DNA from: an uncultured Gemmatimonadota bacterium
GTDB taxonomy: Bacteria > GCA-2686955
Direction: 5' to 3'
DNA length: 35,112 nucleotides
NCBI GenBank assembly: GCA_964490075.1
Contig: CAZBBK010000063.1
Span: forward strand, 1 to 35,112
Below the pieces are notes generated by a model. That model was not told where the DNA came from and made no database searches. It worked only from the letters and a program-made list of their open reading frames with translations. Below, in pieces: positions 16,770 to 25,431 of the stretch. The translations under genes were made by a program, and so were the position numbers. The first letter of the stretch is position 1; every line of letters starts with the position of its first letter.

Positions 16770-18710
16770 TCAGGAGTCGCGTGCCAGTCTCGCCTTCACC
16801 ACCGCCTCGGCGCCCCCCGCCAGCACCAGCTCCTGGGCCACGGTCGACAGCGGCGGGATCGGGAACTCCCGGCCGCGCCAGGTGAGACGACCGGCCGCGA
16901 AGTCGACCCGCGCCTCGCCTTCGAGCGCCAGAGTTGCGGCGGATGCATCCAGCTTGCCACTCTCGAGCTCCGCCCGCAGCAGCTCGAGCAGCTCGGGGCA
17001 GGGAAGGGTGATGAAGCCGTTGTTGAAGGCGTTGCGCATGTAGGTCTGCGAGAAACTGCCGGCCACCACCATGCGAATTCCACGGTGGGCCAGCGCGGTG
17101 GCGGCCTGCTCGCGCGACGATCCGGTGCCGAAGTTGTTGCCGCCGACCAGGATGTCGCCAGCGCGCGCGATCGACTGGAAGTCCGGGTCGTAGTTCTGCA
17201 TCGCGGCGGCCGCCATCTCGTCGGGAGTCATATCGTCGCGATAGGTGAACTCCTTGCCGTAGATGCCGTCGGTGTTCATGTTGTCCTTCGGCACGTAGAG
17301 CAGACGACCCTCGATGGAGCGCGGGAAGCCCTCCAGGAAGTCGACACTTGCGGCCTCGCGCGGGACGCTTCCGTGGGACTGGGACGAAACCAGGAGCGGC
17401 TCGTCGGCGAAGGGATCGGGGCCGGTGATGTAGCCGGCGCAGGCCGAAGCGGCGACCACCGCCGGGCTGGCGAGGTATGCCTGGGCGTCGCGCGAGCCCA
17501 TGCGCCCCTTGAAGTTGCGATTGGTGGCCGAGATCGCCCTCTGGCCCGGCTCCAGCGTGCCTTCGCCGAGACCGATGCAGGGCCCGCAGCCGGGCGGCAG
17601 CACCCGAGCGCCGGCGCGCACCAGGTCGCCCCAGGCTCCGAGCCGCTCCGCCTCCTGCTGGACCTCGCGGCTGGCCGCCGCCAGATAGAGCTCGACCCCG
17701 TCGGCGAGGGTCTTGCCGCGCACCACCTGCGCGGCATCGAGGATGTCTTCCAGGCGGCTATTGACGCAGGAGAGCAGATAGGCCTTGTGGACCGGGATGC
17801 GGCGCTCCGCCAGCGCCGGCAGCGGCGTGATCGCCTGTACCTCGTCGGGACCCGCGACGTGCGGCACCACGTGGCCGAGGTCGAGCTTCAGGGTGAGCCG
17901 GTGGTCGGCGTCGGGATCGCTCTGGATAGCGCGCGCGCGCCACTCGCGAACATCGTCGGCGGAGAAGCACTGATGCCGAGCGGCCTGCTCCAGGAGCCAC
18001 TTCTCGAGCACCTCGTCGAAGGGGAATCTCCCGGCCAGGGCGCCCCACTCGGTGGTCATGTTGGCGATCGTGAGACGCTGGTCCATCGACAGCGACGCCA
18101 GTCCCTCGCCGTCGAACTCCAGCGTACGGTTGAGCGCCTCGCCGCTCTGGAAGGTACCGATCAGGGCGATGATCACGTCCTTGCCCCGCACCCCCTTGCG
18201 CAGTCGGCCCTGGAGCACCACCCGCGCCGACTCGGGCACCTGCCACCAGGTCTCGCCGGTGGCCCAGATGGCCGCCGCGTCGGTGCGCACCACCGGAGTG
18301 CCGAGCGCCGCCAGGGCGCCGTAGATGTTGGAATGCGAGTCGGAGGCCACCACCATGCTGTCGGGCACCACATAGCCCTCCTGGCACATGATCTGGTGGC
18401 CGATCCCGCTCCCGGCCGGCCAGAAATCGACGCCCTGCTCGCGCGCGAAGCTCTCGATCCGCTCGTACTTGGCCAGGTTGGCGTCGGAGCGGTTCTGGAT
18501 GTCGTGGTCGAGGGTGAAGACCGGCTGCTGGGGGTTGCGCACCCGCGCGGCGCCGATCGAGCGGAACTTGCCGAGCACCGCGGCGGTGTTGTCGTGGGTC
18601 ATCACGTGACGCGGGCGGATGGTGACATAGTCGCCAGCTCGCACCACATGGCCGGCGGGCAGCCCCACCGCGTGGGACTGGACGATCTTCTCGATGGCGG
18701 TCTGGGGCAT
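16770..18710 (-). CDS. lysF: Single-chain (fungal Lys4/LysF-type) homoaconitate hydratase
   Basis: N-terminus QTAIEKIVQSHAVGLPAGHVVRAGDYVTIRPRHVMTHDN recalls yeast Lys4; SDSHSN; Fe-S ligands SCVNSR and GCGPCIGLG; TNRNFKGRMG; fused swivel domain NTDGIY...NFGTGSSREQA. Confidence 0.85.
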   Translation of the reverse strand: MPQTAIEKIVQSHAVGLPAGHVVRAGDYVTIRPRHVMTHDNTAAVLGKFRSIGAARVRNPQQPVFTLDHDIQNRSDANLAKYERIESFAREQGVDFWPAGSGIGHQIMCQEGYVVPDSMVVASDSHSNIYGALAALGTPVVRTDAAAIWATGETWWQVPESARVVLQGRLRKGVRGKDVIIALIGTFQSGEALNRTLEFDGEGLASLSMDQRLTIANMTTEWGALAGRFPFDEVLEKWLLEQAARHQCFSADDVREWRARAIQSDPDADHRLTLKLDLGHVVPHVAGPDEVQAITPLPALAERRIPVHKAYLLSCVNSRLEDILDAAQVVRGKTLADGVELYLAAASREVQQEAERLGAWGDLVRAGARVLPPGCGPCIGLGEGTLEPGQRAISATNRNFKGRMGSRDAQAYLASPAVVAASACAGYITGPDPFADEPLLVSSQSHGSVPREAASVDFLEGFPRSIEGRLLYVPKDNMNTDGIYGKEFTYRDDMTPDEMAAAAMQNYDPDFQSIARAGDILVGGNNFGTGSSREQAATALAHRGIRMVVAGSFSQTYMRNAFNNGFITLPCPELLELLRAELESGKLDASAATLALEGEARVDFAAGRLTWRGREFPIPPLSTVAQELVLAGGAEAVVKARLARDS

Positions 18711-18746
18711 CGATCTCTCCCGGTGGATGGATAGGGATAGCGGAAG

Positions 18747-18989
18747 CTACACGATTCGCTCCCTGGCACGGACGTAGGCGCGCTGCCAGAAAATCGCCAG
18801 CAGCGCCGCGAGCAAGGCCTCGCCCCAGGCGCGCTCGAAAGCGCCGGCAATGGCGAGCGATGTCGAAAACACCACCCCGGCCCCCATGGCCGCGCGGCGC
18901 AGCCGAGGGGCGGCTTCCACGAGCTCGACCAGGAACAACCCGAGCCCCGGCAACAGGCAAGCGAGCCCGAGCGTCACCAGCCACCTCAT
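18747..18989 (-). CDS. Hypothetical small membrane protein (80 aa)
   Basis: About three hydrophobic segments (MRWLVTLGLACLLPGLGLFLV...); co-oriented between citF and lysF. Confidence 0.5.
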   Translation of the reverse strand: MRWLVTLGLACLLPGLGLFLVELVEAAPRLRRAAMGAGVVFSTSLAIAGAFERAWGEALLAALLAIFWQRAYVRARERIV

Positions 18990-19197
18990 CGCCGCTCGGG
19001 GCTCCCCGGAGTGCCTACGCGCGAGCCCAAAAAGAATGCGGCGCCTTCCCGATCCTCCCGAGAGATTTCTCTCGGCCAACTCGAGGGGGAAGCCTCGGTT
19101 TCGGCGGGGGACCGGGCGTGAGCGCCGCAGGTATCTCCAATATGGCCTCGATGCGCGGCGGAGTCCACAGATTTCCGGCCCAAAATCACGGGATTGA

Positions 19198-20760
19198 TCA
19201 GGATTCGCTCTCCACGGAATGCACGCAGTCGATGGTCGTGCCGTCCACCCACTGAATCGCCGCCACCACCTTGCCCGAGCGCTCCCGCACCGCCGGCGCT
19301 CCGCCGCAGATCCGCTCCACCTCGGCCTTGAGCTGGCCGATCTCCAAGAGCGGCAGATCGGAGCCGGAAAGCGCCTCGAGCAGATCCCGGCGCCGCGGGT
19401 TGATGCACAGACCGCGCTCCGTCGCCACCACGTCGATCAGCTCCCCCGGGCCGCAGAGCGTGGTGACCGAATCGAGGATCACCGGCACCCGGTTGCGAAA
19501 CGAAGGGACAGCCAGGATGGTGCAGCGCGCCTCGAGACAGTTCTGCCAGCCGCCGATGCCGTGCAGCAGGCGGCCGTCGGTGTGGGTCACCACGTTGGCG
19601 TTGAAGTCGACGTCGACCTCGGTGGCCCCCAGGATGACGACGTCGACCATCGAGGCGAAGTTGCCCTTGCCGTGGTAGTTGTAGGAGGTGAAGGGACTGG
19701 TGTTCAGGTGGCCGAGGTTGTCGCGCATCGAGCGCACCCCCTCGAGGTCGAAGGTCTGACCGTCGAGGATGAAGGGCGTGAGCCCCTCTTCGAGCATCTC
19801 CACCAGGTATTGGTTGGAACCGCCGCGCACGAAGCCGGCCCGGACGCCGGCCTCCTTCATCATCTCCTTGAGATAGATCCCGAAGGCCAGCGCCGTGCCA
19901 CCCGCGCCGGCCTGGAACGAAAAGCCGTCGCGCATGATGCCGGCATCGCGCACGAATCGCGCGGCGTACTCGGCGATCAGGAGCCGGTCGGGACTCTTGG
20001 TGATCTGCGTGGTCCCGGAGACGATCTTGGAGGGATCGCCCACCTTCTCCACCTCGACCACCAGGTCGACGTTGTTGCCCTGGATCTGCCAGGGGATGCA
20101 AGGGAAGGGGACCAGGTTGTCGGTCACCACGATCACCTGGTCGGCGTAGAGCGAGTCGGCGAGGCCGAAGCCGAGCAGGCCGCAGGCGCTGGGGCCACGG
20201 TCGCCGGTGGCGTTGCCGAACATGTCGGCAGTGGGGGCGGCCAGCACGGCGATGTCGATGTGGACCTGACCGTCCTGGACCGCCTGCCAGCGCCCGCCGT
20301 GGCTGCGCAGCACCCCCAGGCCGCGCATCTTGCCCCGACTGCAGTAGTCGCCCAGGGGACCGTTCATCGACCCTTCGATGTGGTGCAGCACACCGCTGTC
20401 GAGGTGGCGGATCAAGGGGGCGTGACAGGGGAAGCTGGCGGACGGGAACCAGCGCAGATCCTTCACGCCGAGCTCGGCGGCGGCGTCAAAGACGGCGTTC
20501 GCGACCAGGTCGCCGTTGCGGAAATGGTGATGCGTGCTGATCGTCATGCCGTCGCGCAGGCCGGCCTTCTCGAGCGCCGCGCGGATCGAGGCGACCCGCT
20601 TGTCGCCGCTGGGCGGGTAGTCGCGCGCCGAGCGGATCGGCGGCCCCCACTTCGCGCCCGCCGGTCGATGGGCACCGACTCCCTGGAAGGGAAGCGTCTC
20701 CAGCTCGTTGATGCGGGCCGGAACCAGGCGCCCGGCGGCGTTTTCGATCAGCTCGCTCAT
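19198..20760 (-). CDS. citF: Citrate lyase alpha chain / citrate CoA-transferase
   Basis: GLRDGMTISTHHHFRNGD, LRSHGGR, HIDIAVLAAP, GFSFQAGAGG, DGQTFD, LGATEVDVDFNANV, GGWQ, TTLCGPGELIDVVATERG, DGTTIDCV. Confidence 0.9.
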   Translation of the reverse strand: MSELIENAAGRLVPARINELETLPFQGVGAHRPAGAKWGPPIRSARDYPPSGDKRVASIRAALEKAGLRDGMTISTHHHFRNGDLVANAVFDAAAELGVKDLRWFPSASFPCHAPLIRHLDSGVLHHIEGSMNGPLGDYCSRGKMRGLGVLRSHGGRWQAVQDGQVHIDIAVLAAPTADMFGNATGDRGPSACGLLGFGLADSLYADQVIVVTDNLVPFPCIPWQIQGNNVDLVVEVEKVGDPSKIVSGTTQITKSPDRLLIAEYAARFVRDAGIMRDGFSFQAGAGGTALAFGIYLKEMMKEAGVRAGFVRGGSNQYLVEMLEEGLTPFILDGQTFDLEGVRSMRDNLGHLNTSPFTSYNYHGKGNFASMVDVVILGATEVDVDFNANVVTHTDGRLLHGIGGWQNCLEARCTILAVPSFRNRVPVILDSVTTLCGPGELIDVVATERGLCINPRRRDLLEALSGSDLPLLEIGQLKAEVERICGGAPAVRERSGKVVAAIQWVDGTTIDCVHSVESES

Positions 20761-21972
20761 CTACGCGTCCTCGACTTCCCAATCGGCCGCCAGCCGCCCG
20801 GTGGCGATCGCCAGCTCGACGCAGCTCTGGGCCCGCTTGACCACCGGGGGATCGATCATCTTGCTGCCCAGGCTGACCACCCCCAGGCCGCGCGCCTCGG
20901 CTTCGCGGAAGGCGCGCACGATCTTCCGGGCGCGCTCGATCTCGGCCGGGGCGGGGGCGAAGGCATCGTGCACCAGCGGGATCTGCCGCGGATGGATGCA
21001 GCCCTTGCCCTCGAAGCCCAGGGCGCGGGCCTCGGCGACCGAGTCGCGCAGGCCCTGGGGGTTGCCGACGTCGGAGTAGACCGAGTCGATCGCCTGCAGG
21101 TCGGCGGCGCGCGCCGCGTTGACCAGCATGCTGCGGGCCCACAGGCTCTCCTCGCCGCGCTCGGTGCGCGCCACGCCGAGGTCGGCGGTGTAGTCCTCGA
21201 GCCCGATGGTGAGCGCCACGTTGCGATCGCTGGCCGCGGCGATCTCGGTGGCGTTCATGATCCCGGCCGCGGTCTCGATGATCGGCATCAAGAGCACCTC
21301 GGCCTCGGTGAGCAGCCGGATTCGATCGTCGACCCGCTGCACGTCGCCGGCCGACTCGACCTTGGGGATCAGCACCAGGTGCACGTTGTGGGCGGCGATC
21401 TGGTCCAGATCCTCCAGGCCCAGCTCCCCCTGGTTGATGCGCACCATGCGCTCGGCGCCCATGAAGTCGACCTGGCGCAGGGCGTTGCGCACCAGGATGC
21501 GCGAGGCCGGCTTGGCGCTCGACGCCACCGAGTCCTCGAGATCGAGGATGACGCCGTCGGGGCGGTAGAGACCGGCGTTCAGAAAGAGCTTGGGCTGGCT
21601 GCCGGGAAGGTAGAGTCGAGAGCGGCGCAGCCGATCGCGCCGGGTCTCGGTTGGGGCCGCGGGGCCGAGCTCCGGCAGCCAGCTGCGGCGCCGGCCGACG
21701 CCCGCCGCATGGATCGCCGCCTCGAGACGTGCCATCAAGACGAAGGGGACCGCCCCCCCATCCTCGCAGCGCAGGGCGCCGTGCTCGGCGCCGAGCGCCG
21801 CGCAGCCCTGGAGCAGCAGCTCGCGAATCGAGTCGCCGTAGTAGGGCTCCACGGTGCTCGCGAGCTCGATCGAGAGCGCCCCGGCGGCGGCGGGCTCGTA
21901 ACGGATCCAGCAGTCGGAGCGAACCCGCGGCCCGCGGTTCCCGGCTTCGCCGGCACAGAGCTTGGTGGACAT
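20761..21972 (-). CDS. citE: Fused citrate lyase ACP (CitD) and citryl-CoA lyase beta subunit (CitE)
   Basis: N-terminal ~90 aa CitD-like (SIELASTVEPYYGDSIR...EDGGAVPFVLMARLEAA), then CitE motifs RRSRLYLPG, ILDLEDSV, VRIN, PKVE, IIET, GLEDY, GKGCIHP, MIDPPV. Stop abuts the citF ATG. Confidence 0.88.
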   Translation of the reverse strand: MSTKLCAGEAGNRGPRVRSDCWIRYEPAAAGALSIELASTVEPYYGDSIRELLLQGCAALGAEHGALRCEDGGAVPFVLMARLEAAIHAAGVGRRRSWLPELGPAAPTETRRDRLRRSRLYLPGSQPKLFLNAGLYRPDGVILDLEDSVASSAKPASRILVRNALRQVDFMGAERMVRINQGELGLEDLDQIAAHNVHLVLIPKVESAGDVQRVDDRIRLLTEAEVLLMPIIETAAGIMNATEIAAASDRNVALTIGLEDYTADLGVARTERGEESLWARSMLVNAARAADLQAIDSVYSDVGNPQGLRDSVAEARALGFEGKGCIHPRQIPLVHDAFAPAPAEIERARKIVRAFREAEARGLGVVSLGSKMIDPPVVKRAQSCVELAIATGRLAADWEVEDA

Positions 21973-22092
21973 GGAAGTGCTCCTGCGAGACCGCACCCGG
22001 GGGGAACGATTCGGCGGCGTCGAGAGTCGAGAGGATGCCATGATCGACCGCCGAGCCTACCGCCGCCGATCGCTTTTCGCTACTCTGGGCCG

Positions 22093-23643
22093 ATGGAGCG
22101 AGCGATCACCGCCACCCACGTTTACCGCTATCTGCTCTGCGAGCACAGCGCCACGCTCGCCTTCCACGGCGATCCGGCGCGGCGGGTGAACCCCCACGAG
22201 GGGCTCAGGTTGATGCTCGAGCTGGGCAACCGCCACGAGGCCGACTTCGTCGCCGAGCATTGCGCAGACTGGTCGACGCCGCGTTATCCCGAACGCGATT
22301 GGGGGGGGGGATTGGAAGCAACACTCGAGCTGATGAGAAAGGCGGTGCCGGGAATCCTTCAGGGAGTGCTGCTGGGACCGGACCGCCTGGGAATGCCGGA
22401 TCTGTTGCGCAAAGAGGCGGGAAAGAGCGAGTTGGGCGACCATCACTACGTGGCGGGGGACATCAAGAGCAGCGCCCGCCCCCACACCGAGCAGGTGATG
22501 CAAGTGTTGTTTTATACGCGGCTCGTGGAGGAGCTGCAAGGGCGGCAGCCCAGCTATGGCTACCTGGTGATGGCCGATGGGCGCGAGAAGCGCTTCCAGG
22601 TAGAGACACTGTTGCCGATCTTCGACGAGGTACTGATGGAGATCCGCGGGATCCGCGCCGGTAAGAGGGCTACGCGACTACATCTCTGTCGCGAGTGCGG
22701 CTCCTGCCAGTGGCGCAACCACTGCCGCGGACAGGCGCTGGCCGCGGACGATCTGTCGCGAATCGCCGGCATCGGGCGCGGCACCGCGGAGCTGCTGCGG
22801 CAGGCCGGAATCGCCACCGTGGCCGAGCTCGCGGCGATGAGCGCCGAGCGCGCTCGTGAAGTGGCCGACGCCGACCTCTTGGGGCTCGAGGTGCTGGAAC
22901 CGCTGCGGCGGCGGGGCCGGGCGACGGCCCGCGGCAAGCCGACGATTCTGTCGGCACCCGACGTGCCGCCGCCGCCCGAAGGGCTCTATGTGGTCGCCGC
23001 CGGCGACCCGCGGCGCGCCGGGAGCGCCTTTCTCTACGACCTGCTCGAAGTGTCCGGGGCGGGAGAGGAAAGGCGCCAGACCCTGCTGGCCGACTCGCCG
23101 GAGCAGGAAGGAGATCTCTGGCGACAGTTTCTGGCGCGTGTCAAGGCGACGATGGGGGAGCGGCGCCACAAACACTTCGCCCACCCGCCGATCTTCCATG
23201 CCGGCGGACTCGCTCCGGCGTCGCTGGAGTCGATCCAGGCGCTGCACGGCGGCGACCGGGAGGCCTTCGAGCGGGTGCACGACGAAGGGATCGATCTGTC
23301 GCGGGTGCTGCTGCGTTCGATCGCTGTCCCCACTCCTTCGGCGAACCTGCGTGCCTATGCCAGCTTCGACGGCTGCGGCGGGGAAAGCGAGGGCGCGCCG
23401 GAGGCCGACTCAGGGCTGGGCTGGGAGCCGGAGTACGGCGGTGCCTTCGGCCACTACTATCCCTGGTACGAACGGCTCGGCGCCACCGGCGAGGCGCGCT
23501 GGCGCGACAAGATCCTGGCGGCGGCCGGGCGCGAGCTGGAGGCGCTGCGCTCGTTGCGCCTGCGCCTGCACGTGGCGGCGGAGCGGGCGAGCGAGGCGCG
23601 GGCGCGGAGCCGCGGGCGCGCGACGGGGGAGCGGCGGCAATGA
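22093..23643 (+). CDS. TM0106-family RecB/Cas4-like nuclease with HhH motif and degenerate RNase H-like C-terminus
   Basis: G-x-x-HE, GMPDLL, GDIKSS, QVLFY (PD-(D/E)xK); Cys in LLCEH plus CRECGSCQWRNHC (Fe-S staple pattern); DDLSRIAGIG...LRQAGIATVAELA. Confidence 0.8.
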   Translation: MERAITATHVYRYLLCEHSATLAFHGDPARRVNPHEGLRLMLELGNRHEADFVAEHCADWSTPRYPERDWGGGLEATLELMRKAVPGILQGVLLGPDRLGMPDLLRKEAGKSELGDHHYVAGDIKSSARPHTEQVMQVLFYTRLVEELQGRQPSYGYLVMADGREKRFQVETLLPIFDEVLMEIRGIRAGKRATRLHLCRECGSCQWRNHCRGQALAADDLSRIAGIGRGTAELLRQAGIATVAELAAMSAERAREVADADLLGLEVLEPLRRRGRATARGKPTILSAPDVPPPPEGLYVVAAGDPRRAGSAFLYDLLEVSGAGEERRQTLLADSPEQEGDLWRQFLARVKATMGERRHKHFAHPPIFHAGGLAPASLESIQALHGGDREAFERVHDEGIDLSRVLLRSIAVPTPSANLRAYASFDGCGGESEGAPEADSGLGWEPEYGGAFGHYYPWYERLGATGEARWRDKILAAAGRELEALRSLRLRLHVAAERASEARARSRGRATGERRQ

Positions 23644-25430
23644 GGGAGGAGATCCGACGCTACCTGGAGCGCAGCCGGCGCGCCGAGCGGCGCGATCTGC
23701 GCGACCAGCACCTCTTGCCGATCGAGGAGCGGGTCGCCGACGGGGTGGCGATCGCCGGTCTGCGCCTGGTCGAAGTCGCGGGCCAGTCGGCGGTCTACAG
23801 CATGCCACCGGCGCCGACCAAGCTGCGGCCCGGCGATCCCTGCTGGCTCTCCACGGGAACCGACATCACCGCCGGGCTGGCGGTCGAGATCGAGGAGCTG
23901 GAGCGGGCGACGGGACGCGTGGTGCTGCGGCCCGACCGCTTCCGCGATGCTCCGGGACCGGCGCCGCGCCGGGGCGTGCTCGACCGCCGCGGCCTCGACC
24001 TGACCGACCACCTGCTGCGCGGACTGGAACCGGTCTTCGCCGGCGCCTCCGGCGATCTGGCGGGGGCCGCCTGGGTGCTGCGGGCGCTGCGCGGCGAGGC
24101 CGAGGCGCGGCCGCGCCCAGCGGGACTGGCGCGGGCCAAGGCGGCGGCCGAGGCGAGCAGCCTCACCGAGAGCCAGCGCGAGGCCTTCACCGCGGCGGTC
24201 GCGGCGCGCGAGCTGGCCTTGATCCAGGGGCCGCCGGGCACCGGCAAGACCCGGGTGGCGGCCGCGGTGATCCTGGAGGCGCTGCGCCACGGCGAACGGG
24301 TGCTGGTGTCGGCGGTGACCCATCGCGCGATCAACAACGTGTTGGTGGCCGTCGCCGAGCTGGGCGGCAAGCGGCGCGGTCAGAAGATCTTCAAGATCGG
24401 TCGCGCGCACCAGGGCGACGAGCTCGAGGCCTTCGGCATCCCCAGCAGCTCGCGGCTGCGGCGCGCCCCGGTGCCGCCCGGCGAGGGCATGGTGGTCGGC
24501 GCCACGCCCTTCGGTGCGGTCAAGCTGCGCCGCGACCACCCCCCCTTCGACCTGGTGCTGCTCGACGAGGCGGGGCAGGTGCCGATCCCGCACGCCATCT
24601 CGGCCCTCGCCGGAGGACTGCGCGGAGTGGTGGTCGGCGACCACAAGCAGCTCGGACCGGTGGTCGCCGGCGGTGTGACCGGCGACCCGGTGGAGCGTTC
24701 GATCTTCGCGCACCTCGCCGACCGCTTTCCCGACCGGATCGCGCTGCTGCGCGAGACCTGGCGCATGAACCGCACCATTTGCCGCTTCTCGAGTCGCATG
24801 TTCTACGAGGGTCAGGTGGTCCCCCACGCCAGCGCGGCGACGCGCCGGCTGCGCCTGGCCGCGGGCGGAAGGCACCGCCGCATTCTCGATCCCGAATCCC
24901 CCTCGGTATGGGTCGCGGTCGACCACCTGGCGCGCCGCAACCACTCCCGCGAAGAGGCGCGGGTGGTGGCCGAGCTGGTCCGCGAGCTGCTCGTTCACCA
25001 CGCCCTGCCGGCCGCCGAGATCGCCGTGGTCAGCCCCTTCCGAGCCCACGCCGGCGCGGTCTCGCAGGCTCTGGCCGAGGCGCTTCCCGAGGCCGGCGGA
25101 GCACTGCTCGACGGACTGGTGGTCGACACCGCGGAGCGAATCCAGGGCCAGGAGCGAGAGCTGGTCCTCTACACTTTCGGCTCCTCCGACCGCGACTACC
25201 TGGCGCGCAACGCGCACTTCCTCTTCGACCCGGGACGGCTCAACGTGGCTCTCACCCGCGCCCGCACCAAGCGCATCATCGTCGGCTCCCCCGAGGTGGC
25301 CCGCGCCCGCCCTCGCGACCTCGACGCCCTGCGCTCGGCGGCCCTGGTCCAGGCGCTCTGGAACGAGCACCGACCCCTCGGCGAGGCGGATTCGCCCGGC
25401 GACGCGATCCGTCTCTTCTGGGACGACTGA
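23640..25430 (+). CDS. Superfamily I DNA2/NAM7 (Upf1-like) helicase
   Basis: IQGPPGTGKT, THRAINN, LLDEAGQ, VGDHKQL, WRMN, TAERIQGQERE, RLNVALTRAR; ATGA overlap with the nuclease gene. Confidence 0.9.
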   Translation: MREEIRRYLERSRRAERRDLRDQHLLPIEERVADGVAIAGLRLVEVAGQSAVYSMPPAPTKLRPGDPCWLSTGTDITAGLAVEIEELERATGRVVLRPDRFRDAPGPAPRRGVLDRRGLDLTDHLLRGLEPVFAGASGDLAGAAWVLRALRGEAEARPRPAGLARAKAAAEASSLTESQREAFTAAVAARELALIQGPPGTGKTRVAAAVILEALRHGERVLVSAVTHRAINNVLVAVAELGGKRRGQKIFKIGRAHQGDELEAFGIPSSSRLRRAPVPPGEGMVVGATPFGAVKLRRDHPPFDLVLLDEAGQVPIPHAISALAGGLRGVVVGDHKQLGPVVAGGVTGDPVERSIFAHLADRFPDRIALLRETWRMNRTICRFSSRMFYEGQVVPHASAATRRLRLAAGGRHRRILDPESPSVWVAVDHLARRNHSREEARVVAELVRELLVHHALPAAEIAVVSPFRAHAGAVSQALAEALPEAGGALLDGLVVDTAERIQGQERELVLYTFGSSDRDYLARNAHFLFDPGRLNVALTRARTKRIIVGSPEVARARPRDLDALRSAALVQALWNEHRPLGEADSPGDAIRLFWDD

Positions 25431-25431
25431 G

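Noticed and set aside
19219-23643. 1474-aa plus-strand ORF
   Set aside because: The region up to ~22090 is antisense to citF and citDE; only the part from ATG 22093 has nuclease motifs.
22093-23643. Cas4 of a CRISPR-Cas system
   Set aside because: It shares the Cas4-like fold, but no cas1/cas2 or array is present, and the HhH plus RNase H-like tail fit the TM0106 family.
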